Part shown: in pieces, positions 1 through 12,595 of the stretch
How positions within the stretch are numbered: position 1 is the stretch's first letter
Layout of the letters: every line of letters starts with the position of its first letter
The notes under the pieces: model-generated
Seen by the model: only the letters and a program-made list of their open reading frames with translations
Databases searched by the model: none
Told to the model about the DNA's origin: nothing
Program-made: the position numbers and the translations under genes
Assembly: GCA_032718475.1 (NCBI GenBank)
Contig: JAUCBJ010007525.1
Location: 1 to 64,000 of the forward strand
Origin: Nemertoderma westbladi
Taxonomy: Eukaryota; Animalia; Xenacoelomorpha
Reading direction: 5' to 3'
DNA length: 64,000 nt

Positions 1-135
1 ATTCGGCCGACTGTTTGGTTTTTTTTAATGCTAAAATGGGGGTCTTCTGTGCTATGACAGATATAGAATTCTATAGTATTGTATAGCTTTGCAGCAATCG
101 AGATCAATCAACGAGATTCTGTAAAAATATTCCGA

Positions 136-331
136 GGGTTAGCGTTAGGTTGCCCTCCTTGGGAACTGGGGCAAAGGGCGCATACGTGTTGCTCCGATGT
201 AGTCTAAAGTTTTCCTTGCCTAGGTACACAACAGTGAGAAATCTATACAGCCTTTAGACGGATTCGAACGTACGCGCTGCAAACACTATTATGAAAGCAG
301 TTCAGGCACTACATCCACTCAGACAATGGGA
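136..331 (-). mobile_element. tRNA-derived SINE remnant
   Basis: Minus strand has a Pol III A-box-like TGTCTGAGTGG (325-315) and B-box GTTCGAATCC (269-260), followed by a SINE-core-like CTGTTGTGTACCTAGGCAAGG; boundaries approximate. Confidence 0.45.
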
Positions 332-3300
332 CATGTACCCTGATGTATTAGTGTCGAGTCTATTGCTACAAAGATTTTGGAAAAGTCCACCAGGCATTGA
401 AGTTGGTACTCGGATACTTGGATAATAATCATAAAATCATTGTCCGTTAGGGCCGAGTATTTAATATTAATTACTGTGACTTCACCCTGAGGTTAATATA
501 ATAAAATGTGATTGTTGTGTTCGTCCGTTTGCAGTTGCTGAATCTGAAAGTGCACTGATTGGGCATAAAGCGTATCATGCAACCCCGTCGTGTCGATGCC
601 ACACTTTCTACACAAATTATCCAGATCCTCGGTATTGAACAAGGTTCCCTCTTAATCTTACCGGGAGATTTATCTACAATATTCGAGCGGATATCGCGAA
701 TTACAATATCCACCGGAACCCTGTCTGTATCTGTCACATTTGGAACTCACACATTCCAGGATACTTAGATGTTATATTTATTTTATGACTATTGTGGAAT
801 CCGCACGTGGTAACCGAAATACTTGACCTTTTTTGTTCTTCAACAGTTTTTTATATAGGCTGAATATTATATATTGGCATACCATTTGTTATGTATATTC
901 CGATATTTCATCCAAATCCAATCCGATTAGACAAATACCTCGAATTGGATGAGGATTACTTGGATGAGGAGCACAAGGTGACTTTGTGAAACACTGGTCA
1001 TACCCTTCCTAGCGTTCCAGACACACAGGCGATCCGACGCAGGAGTCCTAGTCCACGTAGAACCAAATCACCAATGAGTCATTTCAGGGGGCGAGGAAGC
1101 GGTAACGAGTGAATACAAGGAGACGGAAGGCTCGCGAGCCTACCATAGCGTTATGCGCCCAGATAAAGGACTAGACCAGTAGGACGAACTCTATAGTCAT
1201 CAGGAGGACACTATATTATATTATAGTGATATATTCTATATAGTTTTATTTGGATTGATTTAATTTGGTGATTTGGTATTACGTAATTAAATGATTATTA
1301 TGTACGTTCTAAGAATATGTCTTACTTATTTGTATTATGTAATGAATATAAAGTTTTATATTTTATATTAGTTATATTTAACTTCTTATTTAACTACTTA
1401 TTTGACTTCTACACTCTACATAGCCAACTGAAGCACAATTAACAGAGTAACGTTTATATATTACATGGGATACACATTCTTACCTAGGATTGGCCTACCA
1501 ATGAATGTGCAATAATTAATGGTAAACCGCCCCATCATTGGTTGATCTGGCCAAACCCCTTTTCCCTGGCCCTATGCTAGCTTCCTCCTGAGATGGGCTA
1601 ATGTGCTGGCATCTCTCTCTCTAGCTGGCAATGCATATTTCCCTGGTGTCTTCGGTAGTGATATTATATAGGTAATATTGCATATCCAATTATGTAAATC
1701 ATACCTTTCCCCATTTTCCGCTGGGTGGTGCAGCAAATTGGATCCGCTAACACTCCCTCGCATGCTATCTTCCCGGTGAGAAGATAGCATCAACTTAAAG
1801 TGCGCTCCAATTCCGCTGGAATCCAATCTAATACTGGATGTGGCGTGGAGTTTTTTTCTTGGGGCCAGTTTTCCAGACTGGCCCCTCTGGGTCTGTTCTC
1901 ACTACCCACCCACCCTTGGTACATCTGCGAGCTAAGTTGTACCAAGGTGTTTGGCGTCTCTGTCTAGACGATCGCCCTTCTTCCTCACCAAATTTTCTTT
2001 CCCGGACACCATCGTCTAATCTCCTCACCACCTCCTTACCTTATTAGACCCATAGGACTCATCCTCCACTCCGCTAGCTCCACACATTTTCGAGCCCTTC
2101 ATCTTTCCCCAAACTATCGCACCTCATCGCCATATTACTCTCGTACCCAACCCCGTTTTACTCTCACTCTCTATACTCCTATTGGGTTTCACATAAACCT
2201 GCATACGCGCGCTGTATGTATGGTAAGTGAGCCCTCTGTCTCGTCCTCGTGTTTCAGTCAATTAGTCCCCAATCCCAGTAGCTAATTGGAAAAAGTTACA
2301 TGTGACTATAGTACATTATTTGATGGTTATATATTATCACACTACGATTGGTTCTTTTATAAATCTTATTTATATTGTTTATATTTAGGGCGAGAATATT
2401 TTACTTTAGTCTACAATTCCGGCGCTGCCTTCCAGGCATCCTGATGCTTTCTCGTCATTAAATTACATCAGTGGACAACATCTGGAGCGTCGGTCTAGAA
2501 TTCTATCCCATCCTTCCAGTTCATTGTAGTTCTTCTTTTTTATTCCCATCCTGGCTTTGACGCTACCTGCCATCCTGTTTGTTCTTAGTCATGGATGTAT
2601 TTGCCGCCATGGCTTTACTAATCCCTGGTGTCAGTTCCCTGGGCTTCGTTGTTACCATCTCTTGATAACGTTTCGCTGGTAGTCCCATCAAGTGTCCCTC
2701 CTACCCATACCCTCGGTTGCGCCCCTTGGGACATTTCTTATCTCGCAGGATATGAGCCCTCATAATAAATCCTAAACTCCGCCCTGTTGTTTAATGACCA
2801 CACATCCAGTTGTCGCTGGATATTGGTGACCCCTCCGTGTGCTACCTCCCGGCAGCCTGGTGGGCAAATGGCAATTTCTTCCCGGTTGTCCGAGGTTTTC
2901 ATTTACATGAAACATTCCACCCCTCTACGACACAGTGGAGGAGCCTGCCAAAATCGTTTTATCCTCTTTATCCAGTGTCCCATGGATCCCCACTAGCCGT
3001 TATCTTTTTCACCGTTTCTCCACCATCCCATCTTGGTAAGGTTCAGTATGACAAGAGACGACCAATTCTACCTGATTCAGTGTTAAAATTCGGGATGGCC
3101 TACCCCTTTCTCCTCTTTCTCCCTATGTGTTGATATTCTCTCTAACCCATATGGGCATTTCCACAGAAAATGGGACACGATATGAAAAAAATAAAACTTT
3201 AAAAAATAAGCAATATGTCATGATTTATTGGGTAAAATTTCATAAATTTTTCGAATTTGACAAAATTTACATTGATTTCAGGGTATAAAATATGAAATTT

Positions 3301-5559
3301 TGCGATTATATCGACCATCATCAAGGAAAAACGTAAAACACGTAAAAACGAAAAAAATACCAAAATTCAAGGCGAAATATATATAGGCTATCCTTGGTAT
3401 CATTGTAATCAACCGTAAATGCACATTCCAATGAGGTAGTTCTATGCCATAAACATAGAACGCTTCTCATACAATAAGCATTGAAAGCTACCTGTACCCA
3501 ATTGTAACGTCCAATACTTTTTTTTACATTTTTTCTCAATTACTTCTATTGTTTGGCAAACCATATCGAAATTAAAATGACTCAATGCCGACGTCGGGAG
3601 CTCCGGTTCACTTAACTCACCTTGCGCATTTCCGCTCATTAGTGGGGTGCCCGTAGCCCCCCCCCCCCCACCCGTCACTTCTCATCTCACCCCTTTCCCC
3701 ACGCTCCCTTCTAGTCGACACGTCGCTTCTGTTCTCCCTGGGTTCATTCGCCTGCGTCTCCTGCCACATTTTCGCACGGCCTTGTAGGCCTCCGTCAGGC
3801 GAATTATTTACTCCGCGGTCATTTATATTAATTATACCGTTACATTTTCACCACCATTATTTTTATTATATTATTACTTAGCCCTTCATCATTATTATTT
3901 AGATTATTTTGTTCACCGTTGTTATTTATTACGTTATTATTATATTTGAATTATTTATCGCACCAATATTAAGATTATTATTACTTACCAAAACATTATT
4001 TCCTGTAAGAAAAGTGCCCTCATTATTATTAGAATTATCAACTACGGTATTGTTATTATTAACGTTCCCACTAAACATATTGTCATTGTCACATCAGTTC
4101 TGTGTTTGTCGTCCAGTACCTCTAAGTGGAGTATTAACAAAAGTTTCCATCATCCCTGGTTCCTCATAAATACTTACCGTGCTACTTACATAATATAAAT
4201 ACAAATCAGCTTCGCTCTCTTATAAACCCAGTTTTGGCAGTTCAACCCGGCGTTTCTGTTTCGCCTGCTACAGCATCAACCCCTTCAACCGGGTGTGCAG
4301 TGCATATCATCCCTCATTCTCTTACCCACTCTCCTCTCCTCTCTAATCTTTACGCTCGTTCATCTCTCTTTCCTCCCTCGTGTCTCGCTCTTTGCACTCA
4401 CTCTTTTCTTTACCCTCCCTCTCTTTATTTATTATTTAATCCCCCGCGCATCCACCAGATAAAGGCCCTATGTACACTACACCATACGGCATTACCCCAG
4501 ATCACCACAATTCAAACAGTTATGTGGCGACCCCTCTCGCCCTTTCATTCGCCAATTCCCCCTGCCCAAATTGGACTATGTAGTGAAAATGTTTATTACA
4601 CTCACCGAGTCTGCTGCTCAACTTGGGCTCGTCTACCTTTCCTCCTGTCTTGGCGTCTTGAGGATCCTTCTCGTGGCATTGGATCCGCATCGTAGGCGAT
4701 CGCTCGTCTCGACATCCTCCTAGCTGTAAAAATAATAACAATACATTGAAACTAAAAAAATAAAAATCAACAATATATAAATCTCGGGTCCTAATAAAAA
4801 CTCCCAAAATAACCCAATAGAACCCAAAAAAAACCACCCAAAAGAAACCAATAAAAGACCCAAGAAACCGAGAAACACCAATAAACCAAAAGAACCCCTA
4901 AACACCTAAAAGAACCCAAAATAACCTAGATTTGTTATAAACATTAGATTTTTACCTCCAAATCTGCTGGCAGATGTCTTTTTCCGCAGATTTTCTGCCA
5001 CTTGTTCTTGAAACTATACTTCGAATTACATAACCTGACTGATCTTAACCCGACCTAATTAATACTTACGTTCTACTGTAAGTTACTTGCAAGTCACACA
5101 GAAAACTCAAACACAGAGTAGTGGTCAGTGGAAGGCTACAAATAACTACAGCTTTACAAACTTGCAGCGTTTCAGGGGGAAAAAGTAGCTTAGCTAGTGT
5201 TGTTCTATTTTACCGTTGTGGCGCGAAGATATAAAGAGAAGGGTTCATGCCATCATAAAATTCGTTATTTATAATTTCGGGTTAAATTGAGTTCTGTTTT
5301 TTCCCATTTATGTCTATTGTAAATATTTATAAAACTAATAATAATTATTGTAATGTCTACTTCCTTAAGAGAGTCCCATAACTTCCTTAAGAAAGTCATA
5401 GTTACTCCCGCGGTGCCTAGTATTATGCATACAGATAGCAACGTGTGGGCACACCGTTATACAAAATTAATTAATAAACTTTCATATTATTTTACTGATG
5501 GAAGAGAGAGGATACTGACAAGACAAGATTATTCATTGATGAAGATGAGGTTATTTCGT

Positions 5560-7850
5560 GTGTGTTAATTTATTAATATTAATATTCAAATTTATTCAAA
5601 TTCCATATTTTTGTGCCGCTATATTTTAGTTAGTTTTGTGTTGATATAGTAACCGAGTTCGAGGGAGAAAGAAATTTAAGGAAGCTACTGATCTAGTATT
5701 ATATTGTTGTATATTTATTGTGAGTATTGCCCCATAGTATTATACCGTATTGTATGTATGGATGAATAAGTGAAAAATAAAGTAATTTTAGTATATTCTG
5801 TGGTAAGATATAACGTAGTTTAAAAAATATACCGCATGATTTTGATATTTTTTTGTGTATGTATGCGCAATGGTATTTCCAAGATAATTTGTTGTCAATC
5901 CAGATACCCAGAAATTTTGTTTCGTTTTTAATTTTGATTACAGTATAGTTTATTTTAATGGTTGAGCTAAGTTTTGAGTTTTATTTGAATTTGAGAATAA
6001 TAATTATTCAGTTTTCTTTAGATTGAGTGATAACTTGTTGTCTAATTTTTGGAGTTCAATATTAACTGTTGATATTAAAGAGTTTGTATTAGAATGTGTG
6101 TGCAGTAGGTTAGTGTCGTCAGCAAAAAGCGTAGTGATTAGGGATGTGCGTGCAGTTTGGTAAGTCTTTTATATAAAGTAAAAAGAGTGTACTGCTTAGT
6201 GTAGCGCCTTGTGGAGTACCACAGAGGGGTGTTAAAGGGTCGGATTGTATATTACTTAGAACGACTGTGTGTGATCTGTCAGTAAGAAAGCTCTTGAGTA
6301 GATCGTGTGGGAGGCCTCTTATTCCGTAACTGTTTAGTTTTTTTAATAATATCCCGTGGTCTAAAGTGTCAAATGCCTTCTTCAAGTCAATAGAGACTAT
6401 ACAACCAGTATTCTGTGAGTCTAGTGCTTCTTGTAGGCGTTCTGTTATTGATAGTATGGCATCTGTCGTAATTAATTTTTTTCTAAATCCGTATTCAGTC
6501 GCATAATATAGAGTATTTGTTTAGGTAGCTCAGTAGTTGTGTATTAATTATCCGTTTATATAATTTACTAAATAGTGGTAGAATAGATATGGGACGGTAA
6601 TTATTTTTGTCAGTAGGATCTCCGGTTTTGTAAATGGGTGTAATTTTCGCACGTTTTAATATTTTGGGGAAGAAGCCATGTTGTATTGATAAATTAATTA
6701 AATATGTTAAATGGGGGTCTAGATCGTAAGCGGCTATTTTAATTAATTTAATTGGAAATTTGTCATTGGTGGCACAGTTGTTGTCTAAGTCTAATATATT
6801 ATATATTACTTCCATTTCAGTAGTTTCAGATAAGTAAAATGAATTTGCTTTGCGGTGCGTTATAAAACGAGTTGGATTTCTATTACTTTTTGGAATATAT
6901 TCAGATAATTTTGAACCAACGGTGGCAAAGTGTTCATTAAATATATTAGCAATTTCGTTGGAATTAGTTACTTCTTGTGGACCTTTTGATGTAGTGATTA
7001 TAAATTTTTTGGGTGCATTTAGATTTTTTCGCTTATTTATTGCTTGATTAATGGTTTCCCAGGTTTTTTCATGTTACATTTATTTATTATTATTTATACT
7101 TTTTAAATTTTGATGCATAATATTGTTTTTCAGCTGATCTAAGGATTTTTGTCAATTGATTACGGTATGTTTTATATTGTTGTTGATTTTGTAGTTTAGG
7201 ATTCTTAGATTGAGTGGCGTAAAGAAGAAGAGTTGGATTCAAGTATTTTTATGTAATTATTGGATGGGTTTGATGGCTTTTTTTTCCTCGTGAAGGTAGC
7301 CCATGTAGACTCGCAGTTTGGTAACATTAAATATTTTCTTTCAGATACAGTTAATTCGTTTTTTATATAAATACTGTAGCTGTGCCTCCGCGGTTTCTTT
7401 TACCGTATGCTCGGTTGGTAGTTAGTGGCCGTGAGTAACCTGGTATTTGTAAGTAATCTAGGTCAGAATCATCAGTGAGGAATGTTTCAGTAAATGTTAG
7501 TATGTCAAATTGGGTGTTAAGTGAAGATAGTTAGTCAATAATAGCGGAAAAGTTTAGTTTTAGGCTCCTACAGTTTATATTAAAAATGGATAAGTTGTTG
7601 TTATTTATATTATTAAATGTATTATTAAATTTAAGTTCATCGTAGTATTGACAATTTGAGATGTTATTTTTTAAATTTGTATCTGGATCAATATAGTTAA
7701 AAGTGCTATTATAATCAGTATAATTTTCAAGTAATAGAATATCATCTTCAGCATCATCATTAAGGAAAAAAATTTTTCCTTAGCATCAGTTGAAACATCA
7801 TTAAATGGAAATACCCCTTCGTTTCTCAAACAGATAATTCCTATGAGTTC
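5560..7850 (-). pseudogene. Decayed CR1-group (CR1/L2/Crack-like) LINE ORF2: APE endonuclease plus reverse transcriptase
   Basis: Fragments FPFN..IDPDTN..CQYY, FNINCRSL, FDILTFTETFL (APE); KRAKITPIYKTGD..NNYRPISILP, DLKKAFDTLDH, GTPQG, ADDT, KFLGIWID (RT); many frameshifts, stops and deletions. Confidence 0.85.
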
Positions 7851-8801
7851 AATTTTGACCTCAGGTAAATGAGAGGGTTGGGGTGGTCCAAAAAAACTTT
7901 TCGTCGAATTTAAACTGAGTTTGCACATCAGATGTCATCAAATGAGCCCAAACTTCGATAGATACCAAAATTTTGATTTGGGGATGACAGTAAATATTTC
8001 CACAGGCACATGGCCAGTTCCCGCCCTTGGCACAAGTGAGTCATATTCCCCATTTTTGTGATGATCAACTTCTATTATTCCTACTGCATTGATATTACGC
8101 TCATTTAGAACCGCACCCAATGACCGATTTAGTTGGTGTAGAGTTGGTCCTTCAAAACAAGCATAGAGTGAATAGTTTTTGAGATATTGCAGATAATGTG
8201 AAGTCCGGCACAAGACAAAATTAGCGCCTTGATGCGATATTGACAAATACCTGACAAATATCTCAAAAACTATTCGCTTTACTGTATGCTTGTTTTGAAG
8301 GTGTCTACAACAACTAAATCGGTCATTGCGGTTCTAAATGAGCATAATATCAATGCAGTAGGAATACTAGAAGTGGATCATCACAAAATGGGGAATATGA
8401 CTCACTTGTGCCAAGGGCAGGAACTGGCCATGTGCCTGTGGGAATATTTACTGTCCTCCCCAAATCAAAATTTTGGTATCTTTCTAAGTTTGGGCCCATT
8501 TGATGACATCTGATTTGCGAACTGAGTTGAAATCAAATAAAGTTTTTGTTGATATTGAATGGTACAGGTACAAAACACGATGAGATGAAATTTGACCTCA
8601 AAGTCAATATGTGTAGGCCCCTATAAATTGTAAAATGGAATAGACCCCCTTGCAAATATTTACATTTTTGTTTTTCTAATTGAGAAGTACTATAAAATAA
8701 TAAATGTCACAAAATTTCGAGATTAAATATCAATATGTGATAAATTTGTGTAAGTTTAAATCTTCGATAGGTCAAAAATGACACCAAAGAGAGCACAAGG
8801 G
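7850..8801. mobile_element. Non-autonomous piggyBac-like element fragment with long internal inverted repeat
   Basis: ~275-bp imperfect inverted arms 7912-8188 / 8257-8529; right end GCACAAGGG followed by TTAA (8802-8805); matching left end not found. Confidence 0.5.
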
Positions 8802-9148
8802 TTAAATCGACTGCAGTTTTCAAGCCCGCCTCTAGGCTGGTGTAAAGTGATCAAGGGCATCATCTGCTTAGATTTTGCTTATTTTTCTTTCAAGATTACA
8901 CTTGCATAAATTTATGTCACCTGCTGCGCGAAGGACACTAAGTTAAACAAATTATAGCTATGGATAGCAGCGCAAGCAACCCGCAGCGCCAAGCCTTTTA
9001 GCTCTAAGCTGGCTCCCAAACTACAAGCAAATAGACAATGGGTCAACGGTCAACAACAAACAACCCCTCTACCCTGGTAGCCAATGAGAGAACCTAGAGC
9101 TTTCGAGTATTTTTAGTAATTATTACAGGTAGGTAGGTATATTAATGC

Positions 9149-10340
9149 TGTAAAAGCTTTTGTGGGATAACTGATTCGTTTGCCTTGCTAACCAGTTCCC
9201 CCCCAGTCGCTAGAATACTCTAAAAAGGGATCTATAACTCGAATAGCACAAGCTACCGGCTGATTGGCTGATTCGCTGTGCGAAGGGATCTGGGCTACGT
9301 TTGATTGTCCAACTAGCTTGGGAAAGTATCTCCCAATAGAATTTGAGTTGATTTTGATTTCGACCTATCACAGATCTACTGAACTGAATTTTCCTATCTT
9401 TATGCTCTTTCTCTGTGTTGGGTGGAAGCCTTTGTAAATAAGGTTATTCTTATCAGTTTTCAGTGTTGTTGGTCTTCTTATCAGTTTTCAGTGTTGTTGG
9501 TCTTTCTTTCCTGAGCCAGGAGAGAACGGCTTGTAAATATTTTGTGCTTTTCTGTTTTAGTCTAACACTAGTAGGCTTAATTATAAAGGGCATATATCCG
9601 TTATCACAACAACAAACATATCAAAACAAACCAAACAATCCACACTGAATTACTGTGCATACCTTTATATTGTTATACTGCTATTTACTGTCAGTTCTTC
9701 ATAATATGGTTGATGAATTATTATATTTGGAATAACGATAAATAACCCCGAAACCCAATATTCTTGATATACCGAAGGTAAGAGAGAAAGGTTACATATA
9801 ACGATTGTGACTTATGTTAAAGTGGTTTGAAGTGAATCTAATGTTATTTGATAGACCCTACATGAGTCAGTCCGTGTTCCTTTTATATATAACTAAAATC
9901 AGTGAAGATCGGCAGATCAGTGTGCAGTATTGTGCAGCATTGTGTATGGGTGAACCTGATAACGAAGCATTTCCTAAAGAATGCGCCATATAAGTGAATT
10001 ATAACTAAGCCATATCATTGTGAGTAGTTTAAGTCATAACTCTGTTTGTATAAATAGAGCGCCACGTCCTAAAGGAACTGTTAATATTCCCCGAAGGTGA
10101 ATAATATTGTCAGAGATTATATAATACTGTCAGTCGAATAATACATTAGGCTTACATAGCAATAAGATTAAGCCGTCGAACCCAATCTCCCGGGTATATC
10201 CAGCGGGTGAATGATCGCGCACAGATTGGTTTCGACTAGTGTAGTGAATTAAATACTTGTCATAGACTAAAAGTGATTTATTATCTAGAAGACATCATAA
10301 TTTGGCGGGTTAAACTGCCAAAGGTCTAAAAGCGCGAACA
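9149..10340 (+). repeat. 5' LTR of BEL element (1192 bp)
   Basis: TGTAAAAGCTTTTG...AAGCGCGAACA, repeated at 26763-29501; has an extra ~28-bp tandem copy near 9447-9501. Confidence 0.95.
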
Positions 10341-10351
10341 ATAACGGATAT
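10341..10351 (+). promoter_or_regulatory. Putative self-priming primer-binding site ATAACGGATAT
   Basis: Abuts the LTR end, lacks the TGG of tRNA PBSs, and is the exact reverse complement of LTR 9594-9604 (ATATCCGTTAT). Confidence 0.55.
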
Positions 10352-10420
10352 CGCTTCTTTATTGCAGTAAGCAATAAAGTTGGGAGTACTGGTCAACCGG
10401 TAAACCTGAACGGTGTATCT

Positions 10421-10534
10421 GTAGGTCAGTAGGCCCAACTGCCAGAACCGGTACTGCTGTAGGCCCGTAGGTCCAACTGCCAGAACCGGTACTTCTGTAG
10501 GTCCGTAGGCCTAACTGTCCTAACCGGTACTTCC
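10421..10534 (+). repeat. 38-bp tandem repeat x3 in BEL leader
   Basis: GTAGG(T/C)C(A/C)GTAGG..AACTG..AACCGGTACT units at 10421, 10459, 10497. Confidence 0.8.
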
Positions 10535-10709
10535 CGTATAAGTACAGCAGTATTATTCGATTTGATTATATATGCCGGTAGGTCTTAATAATTAATCGGG
10601 GACGCCTGGTTTTTATTGGGATTTTACTTAGGCCTATTTCTGTCAGTTTTATTTATTTGTAGGCCAGTATTGAGCAGAAGGCGTGTAAGCCTGATCAGAT
10701 TGTGCAGAC

Positions 10710-11280
10710 AATTTGTAGGCTGGACTGTTGTCTGATTGCTGTTAGGTCTGAACGGATTGCAGTGTGTGTAGATCACCTGTCCGATAAAGAACGGTTAGGA
10801 AGTAGGGGCAGCGAATGCTGTAAGGTAAACCCCCAAATAAAGAATAAGTCGTACTACTGGGTTAGAACGCATACTACCTAATTATTTCGGAGTCTGCATG
10901 TCCTGTAGTTTATTTAGGCTTGAGAGTAGTCTGCCATCGTTGAGTCTGTACTTTGTTTGTGTAAGTCTGTACGGGTAGCGTATAATATTTATTTAGATAA
11001 TTTGTAGGCTGGATAGTTGTCTGGCTGTTATTAGGTCTGAACGGATTGCAGCGTGTGTAGATCACTTGTCCGATAAAGAACGGTTAGGAAGTAGGGGCAG
11101 CGAATGCTGTAAGGTAAACCCCCAAATAAAGAATAAGTCGTACTACTGGGTTAGAACGCATACTACCTAATTATTTCGGAGTCTGCATATACCGTAGTTT
11201 GTTTAGGCTTGATAGTAGTCTGTCAGTGTTCGGTCTGCATTTTGTTTGAGTAGTTTGTACGCGCAGCGTAATATTTATTA
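10710..11280 (+). repeat. ~289-bp tandem duplication in BEL leader
   Basis: AATTTGTAGGCTGGA...GTCCGATAAAGAACGGTTAGGAAGTAGGGGCAGCG... at 10710 and 10999. Confidence 0.9.
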
Positions 11281-12595
11281 TTCAGAGTTTATGCGATTAT
11301 TCGCAACATTCATTCCCCAAGTTTGTTCCTACAGTAATTGTGTTTGTTATACATACCGCTATAGTTAAATTAACCCCGGTACTACACGGGCTGCTTGGCG
11401 TAGGTAAAGACTGGTGATTTTGTGCATCGGTCACTCCAGCAGATGCCGTGGTTCTTTTAGCTGTTCAAGTATATTTAACTACAGATTACATGTTATACAA
11501 GTACTCGTACCTAATTTAGGGTTTAGTGTACAGTGCTTTCTGAAAGTAATTAGTAGGCATTATATTTGTGTTGTAAAGTGGTTGATAGGCACGTTCGATT
11601 AGCTCTATTAACTTCTAGGTAGGAACACTCCGTGATACATAACGTAGTACCTGTAGCGATACGGCTATAGGTCGTCAGGCGGTGGTATTTTCCTATCTGG
11701 ACAACGCAGTGTACTTACTACTACTTATTATTTCAAATACCGTAGTACCCTGTCCGTTGTAATAACCAGATTTCTAACCCTTTGTTAGGCTGGTTTGTAG
11801 ACTTCTTGTAAAATTACCCTAAAAATTTCGTATTTGTGTTTTTTGTAAATTTTTGTGTTTATTTAGAGATTGTAATCTCACCCGAATTGTACGTAATTTG
11901 TAGTATTAAGTAACTTAGGTAAATTAGAATTATTTGTTTTAGTGTCCTATAAGTAACACTTCACTGAAAGCGCACCGCTTTGTGTAGTGATTGCTCCTCA
12001 GAAATAATAACATTTATTTCAAACATTGACAAAACCCATTAAAACGGGTATATATATATTATAAATCAAATCTAACGATTTATAAATAGTAGGCCTACCA
12101 TACAACCATTAGGTCTCCATATCAGTTGGTCTACTGCTCAAATAGCGGTAATAAAGTAAGTAAAGTAACCAAGTAACCCTAAAAATTCAGAAATTCAATT
12201 ATTTAAAGTAATTGATATACCGGTATTTACGATAGGCCTATTATCTTTATTTCTATAAATTTAGGCTGAAACTATACCGGTACTTTATAATTAATTCTAG
12301 TCCAGAATTATAATTATATATACTACAAAACTGTAAGCTGTATACCGGTATTCCCGATAGGCCTATTATATATTTATATATATTTGCTAAAATTATACCG
12401 GTATTCTGTGATAAACCTAGTCTGTAATAATAGTTATATATACTATAAGCATACCGGTATTCTAATATATTATATATATCACGCTACACTGAGTAGCAGT
12501 ACCGGTAATTAATTACTAGGCTAGCAGTTAATACTGAGTTACTAGACTTGCTCAGACTGTAATACAGCAGTAGACATTCAACTGTATACATAAAC

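Noticed and set aside
950-3150. Possible ancient LTR-element pol/integrase remnant
   Set aside because: Only vague motifs (HPG..T, Trp/Cys spacing) in short broken frames; cannot be supported without a search
4775-4925. AAAGAACCC-like repeats and hydrophobic antisense ORFs
   Set aside because: Low-complexity simple repeat with no coding evidence
7938-8513. Two similar ORFs on opposite strands (102 and 75 aa)
   Set aside because: Artefact of the internal inverted repeat
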